A DNA stretch of 64,000 bases from Callorhinchus milii (taxonomy: Eukaryota), in NCBI RefSeq assembly GCF_018977255.1, contig NW_024704742.1, positions 16,060,001 to 16,124,000 of the forward strand, in the 5' to 3' direction. The notes beneath the pieces were generated by a model. It saw only the letters and a program-made list of their open reading frames with translations, did not search any database and was not told the DNA's origin. A program made the position numbers and the translations under genes. Positions 50,621 to 64,000 of the stretch are shown here, in pieces (within the stretch, counting starts at the first letter, position 1; each line of letters opens with the position of its first letter).

Positions 50621-52179
50621 TTCCATATAATCATAAAGAACATGTCCCCAAAATTAAAAATACCATCAGATGTCCATGTTTGTGAAGATTCATACTGTAT
50701 TTTTCTGTAATATCTCTACATCACAAGGATTAATAGCATTAGTAGTTTGAAATTAATTTTTTCATATAAATATGTATGCATTAAGGTGAAAAGTAACAAG
50801 AGGCCTAGTTAAAAAATGGCTTCAAGTGACATGCCTTTATTTTTACCATTGCTCAGTCCTCATCTTTCCAGGGGGTAAATTATTTTTAAATTATAATCTC
50901 CAAAATGTTACTTTAGGTACAAAAACATGTGTATTTCTGTATGATTGTATTACGTGGATTGGTTTCCAGTTTCTGATTTTGTGTTTCCAGTGCAAAATTT
51001 GAAGAGCTTAAGAGGAAAGGTTTTCTGTAATTTCATATAGCATGTACAGTAATACCAATATTTCACCACTTCAATAACCTTTGGGCAGGAGTGTATAATC
51101 CAACTAAAACTCAGTGTATTTAGCAGCATGATATGTATGCAAATATATGTATCAAAAAAAATTGACTCATCAGCTTCAGTGCACAATTTTAGATTTCAGT
51201 CTGCAGCTATCCGGGTAGTGCAGATCCTCAAATAGAAGAAATGACTGCAAAATATCTAACTCTATAACAATAAACAACCCATCACTGCAGAGATGTACGG
51301 ACAGTATCCTGGTGGCATGTACAAATACATGTTGGAGGAAACACATCCAAAGAGTTACTATGCCATTTCCACATTCGACCACCAAAATCAGATCAAACCA
51401 CACTGTAAGCCTGATCCCCCACTGCATATAATTTAGAGATTTGCTTTTGAAGATTTTTAACCTCTCATTGAAGAGGAGTGAATGATCCCTTTGAACGACC
51501 AATAAGCTATGTGCTCATTCACCTCCTTCTGCAATGCACACTGATGCCAAAATATCATCAGGAGCTTGAAAGCATCTCTAAGGATACAATTACAGCTCTT
51601 ATATTTGTCATGAAACTGTATCTGGTAGAAATGTTTTCACACTACAGTGTGCTAACAGCAAATACGGAATGAGACCCTGTGTACAGTATTGATGCTAAGA
51701 ACAAAAATACCATTATCTCCACCACTTTAGCAAACCTGCCACTTGCATTAGATTTTGACTGAAACATTATGTTCACTGAACTGAATGGCCTTCTCTTTGG
51801 TTGTAATTTCTATGATTTTATAATCTGCATTGTTGCTGCTGCACCAGGCTAATAATACTTTAGTTTTGTACATATTTTTATAGTAGTATCAGAACTTAAA
51901 ACATCACCATTACAGTACTTAAATAGTAATCTGCCAACACACAAGAGCAGATATAATAAATGATGACAAGATACTTATTTTGGCTTCCAGCTACAGAAAA
52001 GTGATTTAAAAACAACACAGATTTGCCCTAAGGTAGCAGCTTTCCCACAGAACATTCTCAAAGTCTCAATGTCTCAAATCAAACACTTTAGAGAGACGTA
52101 GTGGGAGCTGGAGGAAGGTGAAAAATAGGGAGAGGTGTGTATGCAGGAGGTCATCAAAGTATTATTATTAATAATATGA

Positions 52180-52538
52180 TCTATAGCGTACTGGTTAGCA
52201 AGCTCGACTCACAAGTGAGAGGACCCGGGTTAGATTACTAGATGGGGCAAAACCTTAGGCAAGTTTCCTTACTCCACACGCCTCTGCTTACCTAGCAGTA
52301 AGTAGGAACACGCGTGTTAGTCGATTGGAGGATCGCTTTCCGGGGGTAATAAACCCTGTAAAAAAAAAATTGGTCACTCAATCCATGACTGATTGTGGGA
52401 CACTGCTGTGCACAATTGGCAGCCGTGTTCCATCCACAAAGTACATAGTCACTAAACTTTACAGTATATTCTGTGAAGCACTTTAATATGTCTCGACGAC
52501 ATGATAAGACGCTATATTCAAATGCAAGGTTATTATTA
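52180..52538 (+). mobile_element. Long-form SINE, diverged
   Basis: Contains GCCTCTGCTTACCTAGCAGTAAGTAGGAAC..GATCGCTTTCCGGGGG. Confidence 0.88.
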
Positions 52539-52701
52539 ATGTAAGGTCAAAGAGATGGGATTTTAGACAGCTTTTGAAAGCAGGGAGGGAGAGAGGTGGA
52601 GGAATTCAGGGAGAGAATTAAAATAGCTATTTTACAAAAGTTTGCTGCAATTAAGGTGCTCTATAAATGTAATTTTATTGTGTTGTTGTTAAGGTTACAT
52701 A

Positions 52702-53900
52702 CAACAACAACAAGATTCCATTTATAAAGCGCCTTTCACGTCAGGAGGACGTCCCAAGGCGCTGCACAGTTGGGTCATGACCCGAGCAGGGGGGAAATGG
52801 TCAGGGTGAGGGGAGGGAAGGGAGGGAGCGAGGAGGGGGAAGAGAGTCGAGAGGGGAGCTGAAGGCTCGGTCAAAGAGAACGATTTTGAGACCGGCCTTG
52901 AAGGAGGAGAAGGAGGAAGCAAGGCGAAGGCACTGGGGGATAGAGTTCCAGAGCCTCGGGGCTGAGAGGCTGAAGGCCCGACCACCGATGGTAGGGCGAT
53001 TGGGGCGGGGGACGTGGAGCAGACCGGAGCCAGAGGAATGGAGAGTACGGGCAGGTAGGTAGGGGGATAGTAGGTTGGAGAGGTAGGAGGGAGCAAGGCC
53101 GTGAATGGCCTTGTAGGTGAATATGAGGATCTTGAAATCAATCCTCTGGGGGATGGGGAGCCAGTGGAGGCGAGCGAGGGTGGGAGTGATGTGGTCGCGA
53201 AGCCTGGTGCGGGACAGTACACGAGCTGCAGAGTTCTGAATGACCTGCAGCTTGTGGAGGGAGGTGCCGGGAAGGCCGGTGAGGAGAGAATTCCCATAGT
53301 CCAGCCTTGAGGTGACAAAGGCGTGGACCAGGGTTTCAGCAGTGTGAGGGGTGAGGTAATGCCGTAGTCTGGCGATGTTCCGCAGGTGATGGAAGGTGGT
53401 GCCAGTTGTGGTGCGGATGTGAGGGAGAAAGGACAGCTCAGGGTCGAACAAAACGCCGAGGTTCCTGACTGGCTTTGAGAGGTGGAGAGTGCAGCCTTGG
53501 ATGCTGATGGTGTCGGCGCCTGAGGTGCGGAGGCGCTGACGTGAGCCAATCAGGAGGGCCTCGGTTTTTCGCACGTTGAGCTGAAGAAAGTTGTCTCTTG
53601 TCCAGGACTCAATGTCGGACAGGCAGGCTGTCAGGACATCGGTGGTCGTGGAGTTGAGGGTAGAGGAGGAAAGGTAGAGTTGGGTGTCATCCGCATACAT
53701 GTGGAAGTTAACCCCATGTCTGTGGATGATGTCACCACAGGGGGAGCATATAGAGGGTGAAGAGGAGGGGACCGAGGACAGAGCCCTGAGGGACACCACA
53801 TGAGACAGTGCGCGGGGTGGAGGAGAAGCCATTTGTCGAGACAAAGTGAAGACGGTGAGAAAGGTACGACCTGAACCACTCAAGGACAGTGCCTTGAAAA
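52702..53900 (-). mobile_element. Young L2 LINE, 5'-truncated, RT C-terminal half to 3' tail
   Basis: [13 protein letters not shown], then a frameshift near 53735, then HMYADDTQLY..VRNLGVLFD..SRLDYGNSLL..LHWLPI..LAPSYL open to the stop at 52801. Confidence 0.97.
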
Positions 53901-55055
53901 GGCACATAGAAAAGAAGTCCAATTAGAATGACCCCCCCACCCAAACACTGTTATGAATGGTAAAGTCAGTGAAGTGGGAGAAGTCGGATATTCAGACCTT
54001 ACTCTGGCTGGCAGATCACAGTCTTGACTGCTGTTAGCAGGGTTTAAGATTTTAAGGTAGCATTTCAGGGCATACAGAATTTGTCAAATTCTTCAATGCT
54101 GTCTTTAATTTTGAAGCCATTTTTCTGTAAGTTTATTTTAAGAACTACATAAAATAGGCTTTTAAGTTAAAACTGCATACTCTGAAATGCTACTTTAATA
54201 GAGTAAGTATAGACCTTGGAAGAAGTTCTACTCATGACACAGTGCATTTTCAACTCAACGCTATTTCTTTAAAGATACAGGAAAATACTTATTTCTGGAT
54301 GAAAGATGTGAAATCACCAATACTTATTGAATGACCCATGTGTACTTGCCGCACATAGAATTATAGACAGATAAATGTTAAAATTTTAAGGTAAACTTTA
54401 AATATGTTTCAGGTGAATTGTTTTCTAATGGGTAATTCAAGTATAAAATGTCATGCAGGCTGTTGAGTTTGATCGTCTCTTCCTTTGATATAAGATACTT
54501 GAGAGTAAATAACATTTAACGGCTGTTCTTCAGAGAGAACCTACCATGAGATGTGCCATTTTATATCAATCAAACTCAAAACAATAATTATTATGTTTAT
54601 TTAATTAAATTTCCTGTTTTGAATTGAGTTTGAACCATCGCAAAGAGACTAAAGAATACCAGAGTGTGAGATTAGGTAAACATTCTATGATGTGTCAGAT
54701 TACATTTGTATCCTAAAATGGGATTACAACTTTGACCTTGCTGCCAGATATTCCTTAGTGTACTGTATACTTAGATATACTGTATACTGAGAGATTGTAG
54801 CAGTGATCCATTCATTATGTTACCTACATTTTTTCTGCATTAAAAAAAAACGCATGTACATAAGCACAAGAGGCCTTTGCAAGTACACGTTGTTTTCATT
54901 GGCTCCAGTTACTTCCCTAAGGGCTGGGGAAACTCCAGAAAGGTGAGTGGAACTGAAACTGTTTCATTCCCTGTATGGCAGCTCTTCAGTCATTCAGTCT
55001 GGCGTCAGCCATCTTTATCAGCGTCAGTTATATTTACATTAATTTACATTACATT

Positions 55056-55608
55056 CATGAAAGTCACAAAAGATATCCTCTCTATCTGTGACCATGGCTC
55101 CTTTGCCTCCTCATCCTCTTCGACCTCTCCACCTCTCCACCGCGTTTGGCACAGTCGATCACACCATCCTCCTCCACCGCCTGTCCTCCATCATCCAACC
55201 TCAGTGGGACCGCACTCGCTCGGTTCGAGTTCTACCTTACAAACCGCCAGCACTATTGGATTCTCTTCTCGTTTCCACTCAGTTACCTGTGGGGTACCCC
55301 AAGGATCCCTTCGAACCCCAGTTATCCTTCCTCCCCCAAAATCTGGTCCCTGACCAGCACCGCTTGCTTTCACCTCCACACATTACTACTCCCTGTAACT
55401 TTGGAACTTTCTCCCTCAACCTCGTTGCCTCGTTCCTTCCTTCCCCATCTTCAGGTCGCGCCTGAAGACCTTCCTCTTCGACCACGCCTATGGCCACCTT
55501 CCCCCTCCCCCTGGCTCGGCCTCAGGTTCCACGATTGTTAAGCGCTCTGAGATGCCACCCGGCGTGGAGAGCACTGTATAAATGTAAGTTGTTGTTGTTG
55601 CTGTTGTT
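55056..55608 (+). mobile_element. L2 second subfamily with large internal deletions
   Basis: AFGTVDHTILLHRL and TCGVPQGS pieces joined to the 3' end; (TTG)n tail. Confidence 0.88.
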
Positions 55609-55614
55609 GAAGTG

Positions 55615-55888
55615 AAAGATCAATTTTATCTGGTGCATTGTTGACCAGGACACCAGGAGAAACTCCCCTCTCTTTTCGAATAGTGCCATGAAATTTTTGA
55701 CATCCACCTGAACAGACAGACAGGAGCTTGGTTTGATGTATTTTCTGAAGGAGAACACCTCCAGCAATGCAGCACACCCTCAGCACAGCATTGGAGTGTC
55801 AGCCTAGACTGCACAAGTTCCAAATCCTAATCCTGGGGCTTGAACCACACTTTCTGACTCAGAGACGAGAGTGCTACCAATTGAGCCA
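55615..55888 (-). mobile_element. Old DeuSINE (SacSINE1-like), 5' part
   Basis: Minus strand GGCTCAATTGGTAGCACTCTCGTCTCTGAGTCAGAAAG..GGTTCAAGCCCC. Confidence 0.85.
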
Positions 55889-56724
55889 GACGGAAGCAGC
55901 AGTGATTGATATGCAGGTGTGCTCCCTTCTCCTTCACAATGTGTAGGCATGAGACTGTCGCATGTAGTCCAGCATTGGACTTGCTAAGTTGTGGACATGG
56001 CCTTGAATTGCAAGTTAGTGGGATACCATCTTAACTAAAAACACAAAAGACAGAATAAAAGTGGTGTCCCATTTAGTAGCAGTCCAATGCCATGTTATGG
56101 GAGTTGGTGAATCCAATGCACTCTGTGAAACAACTTCAGTCCATACCATTATTATGGTTTTGGGGGGAGATGGGCTAATACCAATAAACAAGTCAATGTC
56201 ATTTGTTATTGGGCCTGATATAATGATTCAGCAATATAATAATTAAGACACCAAAGATCGCATTTTCAACCCACTAGGCATTAGAACGTTATATAATAAT
56301 AATATAACTATTATTATATCAGAGAGAAAATTAAGTCAAAAAGCGATTATTACAACCCACTGGAAAATTACACTTTTTCTACTAAGTAGTTTATAAGAAA
56401 TACAGCACAATTTTTAGCAACATCTGATACATGACATATGTCATATTGTATCAGAACAGAAAATTCAAAACATATACAGCAAGAGGCACAAACTAGCTAA
56501 ACAAGCTGGTCGCAAAAGACATGACAACTTACTTGTCAAGGACTGGATTGTACATTTTGATTTGCACATTGTACACTGGCTGGAAAACAATGAAAATGCA
56601 ACTGAATTGACATTCCTTATTATAACTCTCTCAAAATGACGTATACCAGTGCATTGAATTTACTTGTGCAATGAAAAGTATACACAATATAAAGCAATAC
56701 ATATTCTTAAAGGTGAAATTCTTA

Positions 56725-56910
56725 AATTTCAAAACCCTCTGTAAAACCTATTGCTTTGACTATATGCCTTTGGTCAACCCCCTCAAATGCCACCCCCCCC
56801 TTTCCTCCTGCTTGCTCCCTCTGGCTCGGAGAAGTGCTCTGCCATTGTCAGGCACTCTGGGATACTACGCTGCGTGAGGGGTGCTATATAAATGCAAGTT
56901 ATTGTTGGTG
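56725..56910 (+). mobile_element. Old L2 3' end
   Basis: TTCAAAACCCTCTGTAAAACC..GCCTTTGGTCA..GTGCTATATAAATGCAAGTT. Confidence 0.65.
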
Positions 56911-59004
56911 TCCTCCATTGTTTTTGTAAAGTGCCCGAGACATTCATTCCTGGGATGAAATCTTTGGTGTTTCATAATACACTCAATGTGGTTATAGAAT
57001 TACACTAATTTCTTATTGTTCAATTACAAATGCTACACTCTCGTAACTTTCCCTCTAAACTGCCATGAGACCCTCCATTTTACATTTTAGTTTTCTTCCA
57101 AACTTTCTTGGATGGGTGCTTGAATCAGTGCTCCAGATGCTACACATGGTAAAAGGGTGTTACATCAATGCAAGTTGTTGTTGCAATCTGTTGTCTTGCA
57201 GGAAATATTGGATTGCAGCAGTCAGCATCCTCTTCTGATCTCGGTGATCAGGGCAAGGTTTCAGCAATCCCTTAGAAAATATCACTGGGCTGAGGTTGTG
57301 GAGAGGGAATGATTTTCCCCTTTTTCCTCCCTTTTCCCAACAGCCTTAGCACAATGATATAATTCAAGGAAATCCCTGTGCACCTCTGTAAGTATGGATA
57401 GGATTATGCATCTTTGCAGCCAGGATGTTGTGTACCCTGCTCTTCTTTAACAGATCGAAATTAGTCATTTACTTTACTTCATGATTATATTTATGGAACT
57501 TTGCAATGCAAAAAATGGCTGTCACAAAATTGCCTGTAAATACGTGGCCACTTAACAGCAATTATCACCAAAGTACTTTAAGACTTCTGGACATTATAAC
57601 AACTTGGATTTATACCTCCATTAGGGGTAACATCTTGGAGCGCATTACAGATGTTACATCTAATGGAAGGATTACAATTAGGAATTGCACTGTGAAAGCA
57701 AGAGCCTAAATTACTCATATTCATTGTCTTACAATTTAAGATTGTGTGGATCGCTGGAAAATTCCTGAAATTCAGATTTAATTTGGAAACCTGTTTTACC
57801 ACAGTTCTGAAATGTGAATGAAACAATCCAAAAATGTCAGACCTCTACAGAAGTACCCATTTTTGCTCATTATAGCAGGACTTTCACCATAATCCAGTAC
57901 CATTAACTTCAAGATGTAGTTATTAGTGTTCTGCTCTTCACAATATTATATTGTTAGGATTTTCTGTTCAGTCCCAATGGTGTAGTTTTCAATATATGTG
58001 CATTAAAATTCAGAATCAGCAGGTAGCCAGGTTAAAGGATTACTTTGAAGTGATATACTATGTTGAATTCCTCTCTTAAGCACTCTCATTTTCCCAGAGC
58101 TGTTCTGCTTTTTAAAATTAAAATCTCTGTTATGTAAAATGAACCCCCTTTCTAATGCCTGATTACCACTGAAACTGTGTGGTCATCCTTTTAGTTTCCA
58201 AGTTAATGTTTCAAAAATGGTCAGTATTACATCAGAAATGCATAGGGAAAAATAAACATAGTTTTCTGCAATTTTTGTGACGTGGTTATTGTACTGTGTT
58301 ATTGCTCCATAATGTAAGTGTGGACAAGGGGCTGTAAATGTTATGAAAAAGCTAAGTGCACTTAGTGGCATGATGTGTAATGGTGTGAAAAATATTAAAG
58401 AGACATTAATGCCAGTGTGGGATTTTAGTGTGCCACTACTAGCAAGAGAACAGGATTACTAAAGGCAGAATTGTCAATTTGTCTACATTTCAGCAATAAT
58501 ATTATTTAATTGTCACGTGACAAAGTTTGCAGCTAAAGGCAAACTGCTTTGGAGGGTATCTAATTGATTATGCTAGATGGGTGAGTGTTCACGATTAACT
58601 ATTGATGGATTGTCCATCCATTTATTCCCCCTTTATTGAATTCTGATGCTTTAATGCTAGCAGCAGCTTTAAAGTACATTGAAAGAACACAAAATATTAT
58701 GATTCATTTATTCATCAATGAATAATTTTGCAATGTACAAATTATATTAGCCAGCAAGACATATTGATACCAATGGAGATGAGCAAACACAGAATTAGCT
58801 CCTATTCAATATAATTGCTGCTGATATTGGGGAAAATTACATGATCTTCACTGGAGGAAAAATCTGCCACTCTAACCAGTACTTGTCGAATACCAAAACA
58901 TTACTTCTATGGTATTGTGTTGAACGGTCTAATGTATTTCTTCACAGTCAACATCTTCACTTGTTAGATTATCTCTACTCTTTGCTTTCCCCCAAATAAT
59001 ATTG

Positions 59005-59170
59005 GCTATTTACTTCATGCCTGTTGGGGGGACATTGATCTGGACAAATTTGCTGACATGTTTGTCTACAGGTGCACAGTCACTAGACTTTATAGTAAAA
59101 GTGCTTTGAGATGTTTCGTTGACACGATAAAGTGCTCTATCAAATGCAAAGATTATTATTATTATGTTAT
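59005..59170 (+). mobile_element. Old DeuSINE 3' part
   Basis: ACTTCATGCCTGTTGGGGGGACATTG..TATCAAATGCAAAGATTATTATT. Confidence 0.7.
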
Positions 59171-60034
59171 TGCAGGTTAGATAATGCTGTACAGATAGTT
59201 TCTAAGTGTTTTTCAGTGATTGGTTAGCCAGCCCAAGGTCACTAACACGTAACATTCGAATGGATGTTAATTTTTTTAGAGTATTTGAATTTTCCAAAAT
59301 AACTACTTTCTGCAGGAGGTGGACATTTTATACACCATTGTATCTTGTCCATTCATTTCTGAATTGTCTTCTTAACAGTCGCAGTTGCACCAATGATTAT
59401 AGGAACTATTCCTATAGTTTGTATAGTTCTTACACTGCATATATGTCCGCATTCAGTTTGTAAGTCAACATATTTCCTGATTATCTATAGTTCTTTATTT
59501 TGGATGTTATAGCCACTTGAAATGCCCACATTAATGATACTGCAGGTACAATCTAGTATTTTTTATTGTTTGTTACAGATTAATATTCTATCTGTAGGCA
59601 CTTGTGAATTCCAGATTACTGTAATGTTACCTTTTGATGTTACTTTTGCTGGTTGATGTTCATACCAGATGGTCTTTACAACAATATCAAAGTGTTAACA
59701 AATTTTCTAGTAGATATATTTGTACATTGTTATGTCGATTCAGGTCCTCTGATGGAGCTAGAGATGGACATGATGACAATAAGTGGTGTACTGCTTCTGG
59801 TATTATTATAATTACATTGTTATCATGCTGAAATATCAAATTGCAAAAAAAGTCCAAATCCTTAGGGTTTATGTTGCAAAATAGTTTGGCACTCTACATG
59901 CCTGCAAAGAAATTACACAGCAAAACAGAAAGCTGAAGAATGCTTTTTTCTGATAAACAATACCAAACTACTCATTTAAGTTCCAGGTGACAGAAATTAA
60001 CTGCTATTTTTAGTTAAAAACATTAGTTTTGAAA

Positions 60035-60455
60035 CACTTTTTTTTAACGGCAAATGGGTCATATTGATAGTTTGAAGAAGTAATTCTTTGAAGATACAAT
60101 AGAGGATAGTTAAAGGAAATGCAGTGGATGTGGTTCATATGGATGTTTCAAAAGCATTTCGATTAAGTACCACATAAGGAGCTTATGGCAAAGGATATGG
60201 CACATGGAATTTATGGGGATGTAGCCACAAGATAGAGATGCTTGGAGGTCAAAATGCAATGATTATAGGTAAAAGTTTCTCATACTGGAAGATGTAGAGT
60301 TGCATTATATAGGTATTTCAGTTCTGAGAAGTTAGACTTTTGTTACTAGAAACCCGATGGAGGTCTCCAGGATCACAAATATTTAAGATAAGATGAATAG
60401 TATTAATTTCCACTGGTTGGTGAGTCAATAATAAGAGGGCAAACATTTAAGATTT
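60035..60455 (+). mobile_element. Decayed CR1 RT fragment
   Basis: GNAVDVVHMDVSKAF..KVPH translation. Confidence 0.7.
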
Positions 60456-61177
60456 GATAAGATTATGTATGATATTTTGATGTTGCTGCTTTATGCTTTA
60501 AAACTCTGCACTCCACAGATGGCTTTGTGGGCTATGTCTCTGTTTTCACAATTATTTGGCTCATTTAGCTAATTAAAAAGTGTGAAATGGATGTTATTAA
60601 AACTACCTTCTCATTGACTGCAAGTCAGGTGTTAATTTCAAGGGCATCACAGTAGGCTTACTCCCAGGAATGGAATCCAGAACCTAAAAAGAAAAGTATT
60701 AAATTTCAACAATATAAGATGGGCTTCACACCTGTGTTTTTTTTTACCAAACCCTTCCAACATTATACATTAAGCACTCGTGGATTAGTTTCACCACAGC
60801 CAACAAAGGGTGACGGCCCCTATACTCCACTCTAGCAATGTGGCTTAGCTCAACCTCAGAAGGTTACTTTCTACTGCAACAATGTGACATTTCACTATTT
60901 CTTGCCCCAGAGAAGTCCTTGAGGCCACTCTGAGTGAGATTACCAATAGTGCAAAATTAACTGCAGTCTTGTGCCGTGGGCCTACACCCACTACTATCTG
61001 TGTTGATTCTGTCCCCAGGTTTACTTCATGGATGACACACATAGCGGAAGAAAATACTTATAAATAATAAATAATAAATTATATCCAATCATAGGAGATG
61101 GATTCAAGTCAGAGGTGCCAACAAAGTAACTCACTGCACCACTCAATCCTCTTTCGTATTTTGTAACATTTTAATAT

Positions 61178-61500
61178 GTGGAGTCCTGTAGCTCAGTGGT
61201 TAGAGCACTCGCTTTGCAAGCGAGAGACTGAGTTCAATTCCAGGCAGAGGGCGAAACCTTGGGCAAGTTTCCTTACTCCACACGCCTAATAATAATCCCT
61301 CCAAAACCAAAAACAATAATAAATTGGTCATTTTCAATCTACGACTGTTTGTGGGACATTGCTGTGCGCAATTGGCTGCCGCGTTCGCCCACAAATATAC
61401 AGTCAATTCACTTTACAGTGTGTTCTGTGAAGCGCTTTGGGACGTCCTCCCGACGTGATAAGCGCTATATCAAATGTAAGGATTATTATTATTATTATTA
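61178..61500 (+). mobile_element. tRNA-Ala-derived SINE, short form
   Basis: Near-consensus full-length copy. Confidence 0.95.
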
Positions 61501-61959
61501 ATATTATGTCAACAGATTTTTTATTCTTCTGTGTTACACTGATTAATTTCACATAAACTTTGATGAGGATGTCAATAGTTTCTGGAATGTACACAGCTCA
61601 GCGCAGATTGATTTTTATCTGTGGATTACTTCTGGCCAATGCTATCTGCTGTTGGGTTGCATTGTCCGCAATGAGCAATGTTTCACAGTGTGATGGGGAA
61701 TCATTAATGCTTCTGTGTACCTAACAATTTGAGATCAGCTAAACAGTGGGAGAGTTGGTCAGCCGGGTGTCTAATACATGAGGAAATCTATCACCATCGC
61801 TGTATTCAAAACAGACTGAGAGTTCCACATATATATGCAATTTACACAAGGAGATTTCCATATACCTAATAGTGTCTAATATTAGTTCATTTAATATATT
61901 ACCAAAGAACTAATCATCCCACCAACTATTATAATCCCCACCAAATATTATAATTAAAA

Positions 61960-62365
61960 ATAATACTTCTTGCATTGCTATTGTGCCTTATCACATCATT
62001 GAGACGTCTCAAAGCACTTCACAGGATATACTGTAAAGGCTGTGTATTTTGTGAATGAAACGTGGCATCCAGTTGAACACAGCAATGTCCCACAAACAGC
62101 CATGGAGAGAGCAATCAATTTTATTTAGGGAATTGTTAGCCAGGACACCAGGAGAAACTTCCATCTCTTTTCGAATAGTGCAATGGAATCTTTAACATCC
62201 ACCCGAACAGGCAGATGGGAATTTGGTTCAATGTTTCATTCAAAGGACCGCATGTCCAACAATGAAACAAACTCTCAGCACGACATTGGAATGATGTAAT
62301 TCAACTTCCCGATGTGGGGCTTGAACCCACAACTTCTGACTCAGAGGCGAGAGTGTTACAAATAT
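61960..62365 (-). mobile_element. Old DeuSINE (SacSINE1-like), near full length
   Basis: Head CACTCTCGCCTCTGAGTCAGAAGTTGTGGGTTCAAGCCCC, Deu body and tail. Confidence 0.82.
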
Positions 62366-63829
62366 GCCAAATAACCAACCAAATAATGTTTTCATCTTTA
62401 AGCGTGGACATGTGGATCTTAACCTCCAGAAATTTGCTCCGACGAAGTCTTTCAGATGCTGACATCTACAATAGTTTTTTGTTTTTATACAGTTTTTGCT
62501 GATTTCAAGTGTATTAGGCATCATCAGTGACAGTTGATAACGTGATTTGCAAGTGTATTTTATTCGTGCAATACAATATAATTACATTTATATTGCATGC
62601 TCCTTCAAAGGCAGTGATCATTGCAATGTTGTGGGAAACAAGACGAGAAAGTAAACATTGTACAATACCACCTATGGGAACAATTAAAAACCTGGATGAA
62701 TCCTGAATTCTTTTACCAATTATTATCCAAGGTATTATACATGACTCTGGACAGCATAGTCATATTTTTTTAATTAAAAAGCTATCTTCATTTCACAGCA
62801 AATGGAGTAGCAGTATCACATTAAATGATCATGCAGCTGTTAAATATGTCGTAACAGTTGCTCCAAGCTATTGACATGGATCAAGTCAAAAGAAATATCT
62901 CTTTCTGACAATCTTGGCATTGCAGCAGCACTAACTATAGTATATGACATTCTGTGTAAACTAAAATCCATTTGTCAAAGGTCGTGTGCCAAAAGGTTTG
63001 TAAGCCCATGGGAAAACATTTTATTGGTAGGCAGGAAATTATTCAGTGAATCTTAAACATTTATCCTAACCCATATTAACAGCCACAGACTATATAAGGA
63101 ATTGCCCAGAGTGAGGTATGCTAATACTGTGAATGATGTCTGGCAGAGACTGGTCAGGAATGTGAGTGAGGAGTGACATTATATTAAAATGAAATAACTA
63201 ATGGTGAGTGCTTGGACAGCTCTGAAGCATTTAAGGGAACAGATTGTTGCTTTTCACCAAATCTTAAAGATAAAATAAATTAGCTTTTGTGTTGCTCAGT
63301 TCAGATGGAATAAGAATAGTTGACCTAATTACTTAGACTGCAGTATCCTCTCTCTACCTACCTCGTCTGATCTCCACAGATTGGCATAAACAACACTTTA
63401 CTTAATATGCACATAGATAAATGTATTCTTTTCATCTTGCTCAGGCACACAACGCATAATGTATTAAATAACATCTGTTATGAATATTACACTTTTCGTA
63501 ATACTTTTTTTTAGAAGTAGTGAATATTGTTCATTGTTCCTAAGGAGTTGCTGATGATTCTCCCCATACCCCCGCAATTTGGTCCTTTTTAGATATGTGT
63601 CTATTTCTTGTCTGAAAGCCAATATGAATTCTGTCCCGATCATCGCACCTTGCAGAGCATTCCATATCCTAACAACTCTGTATAATAACCAATAACACCC
63701 AAATATAAAGACCTATGTCAAACTCTGACTGCATTTATTGGTGTCTGAAATGTTTTATTTTACATGCTTTAAGTTGTGCAAAGACCAAGAGCAAACTTCT
63801 AAATTATTATTTTCAACAGAAAACAGCAT

Positions 63830-63925
63830 TTAATGATAATAATAATCTTTGCATTTGATATGATATAGTGCCTTATTACCTCTTCAAGATGTCTCAAAGC
63901 GCCTCACAGAATAATACTGTGTGTA
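63830..63925 (-). mobile_element. SINE 3' tail fragment
   Basis: ATAATAATAATCTTTGCATTTGAT..CTCAAAGCGCCTCACAGAATA. Confidence 0.75.
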
Positions 63926-64000
63926 TATATATTGAACATTACAGCAAAGAAAGATAGAGCCTTGAAGAGGTGTAGAGATAAGGCAGGGATTGAACGAACA

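Noticed and set aside
51176..51502. 108-aa hydrophobic ORF and neighbouring frames
   Set aside because: No recognisable motif or convincing splice boundaries; it cannot be separated from chance or a decayed element without a database search.
52801..53922. 373-aa ORF as a host or intact RT gene
   Set aside because: It is a 5'-truncated L2 ORF2 with a frameshift near 53735; the ORF's N-terminus is out-of-frame or flanking sequence.
6757..61500. Recurring GACGTCCTCCCGACGTGAAA motif as a CRISPR-like array
   Set aside because: It is dispersed on both strands at irregular kilobase spacing, always at retroelement 3' ends, and there are no cas genes.
61259..61501. Recurrent small ORF family (..[25 protein letters not shown])
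   Set aside because: These are incidental translations of SINE copies; the poly-Tyr and poly-Ile runs come from the (TTA)n tail.

Overview
This is not prokaryotic DNA. It is an AT-rich, repeat-dense vertebrate non-coding region (intergenic or a large intron). The repeat content suggests a cartilaginous fish, most likely a holocephalan such as elephant shark or chimaera; that assignment is from memory of the repeat families and was not verified. I could not confidently identify any host protein-coding gene. Most short ORFs in the track are readings of repeats. The window is dominated by non-LTR retroelements: (1) a young tRNA-Ala(TGC)-headed SINE with a Deu-like body and (TTA)n tail, in long and internally deleted short forms; (2) an older SacSINE1-like DeuSINE; (3) at least two L2 LINE subfamilies with (TTG)n tails, the best copy at 52702-53900 retaining RT motifs; (4) decayed CR1 fragments; (5) one Dong/R4-clade element sitting in a TAA repeat. 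The most notable signals are: a 3' stem-loop shared by the SINE and L2 families with compensatory base changes; repeated insertion of young elements into that same stem-loop in older copies; a Dong element apparently using a SINE tail as its target; and an unassigned ~390-bp repeat ending in hairpin + A-tract. A few exon-like and enhancer-like segments are flagged at low confidence. Repeat boundaries are approximate. I found no evidence for a wholly new gene system.
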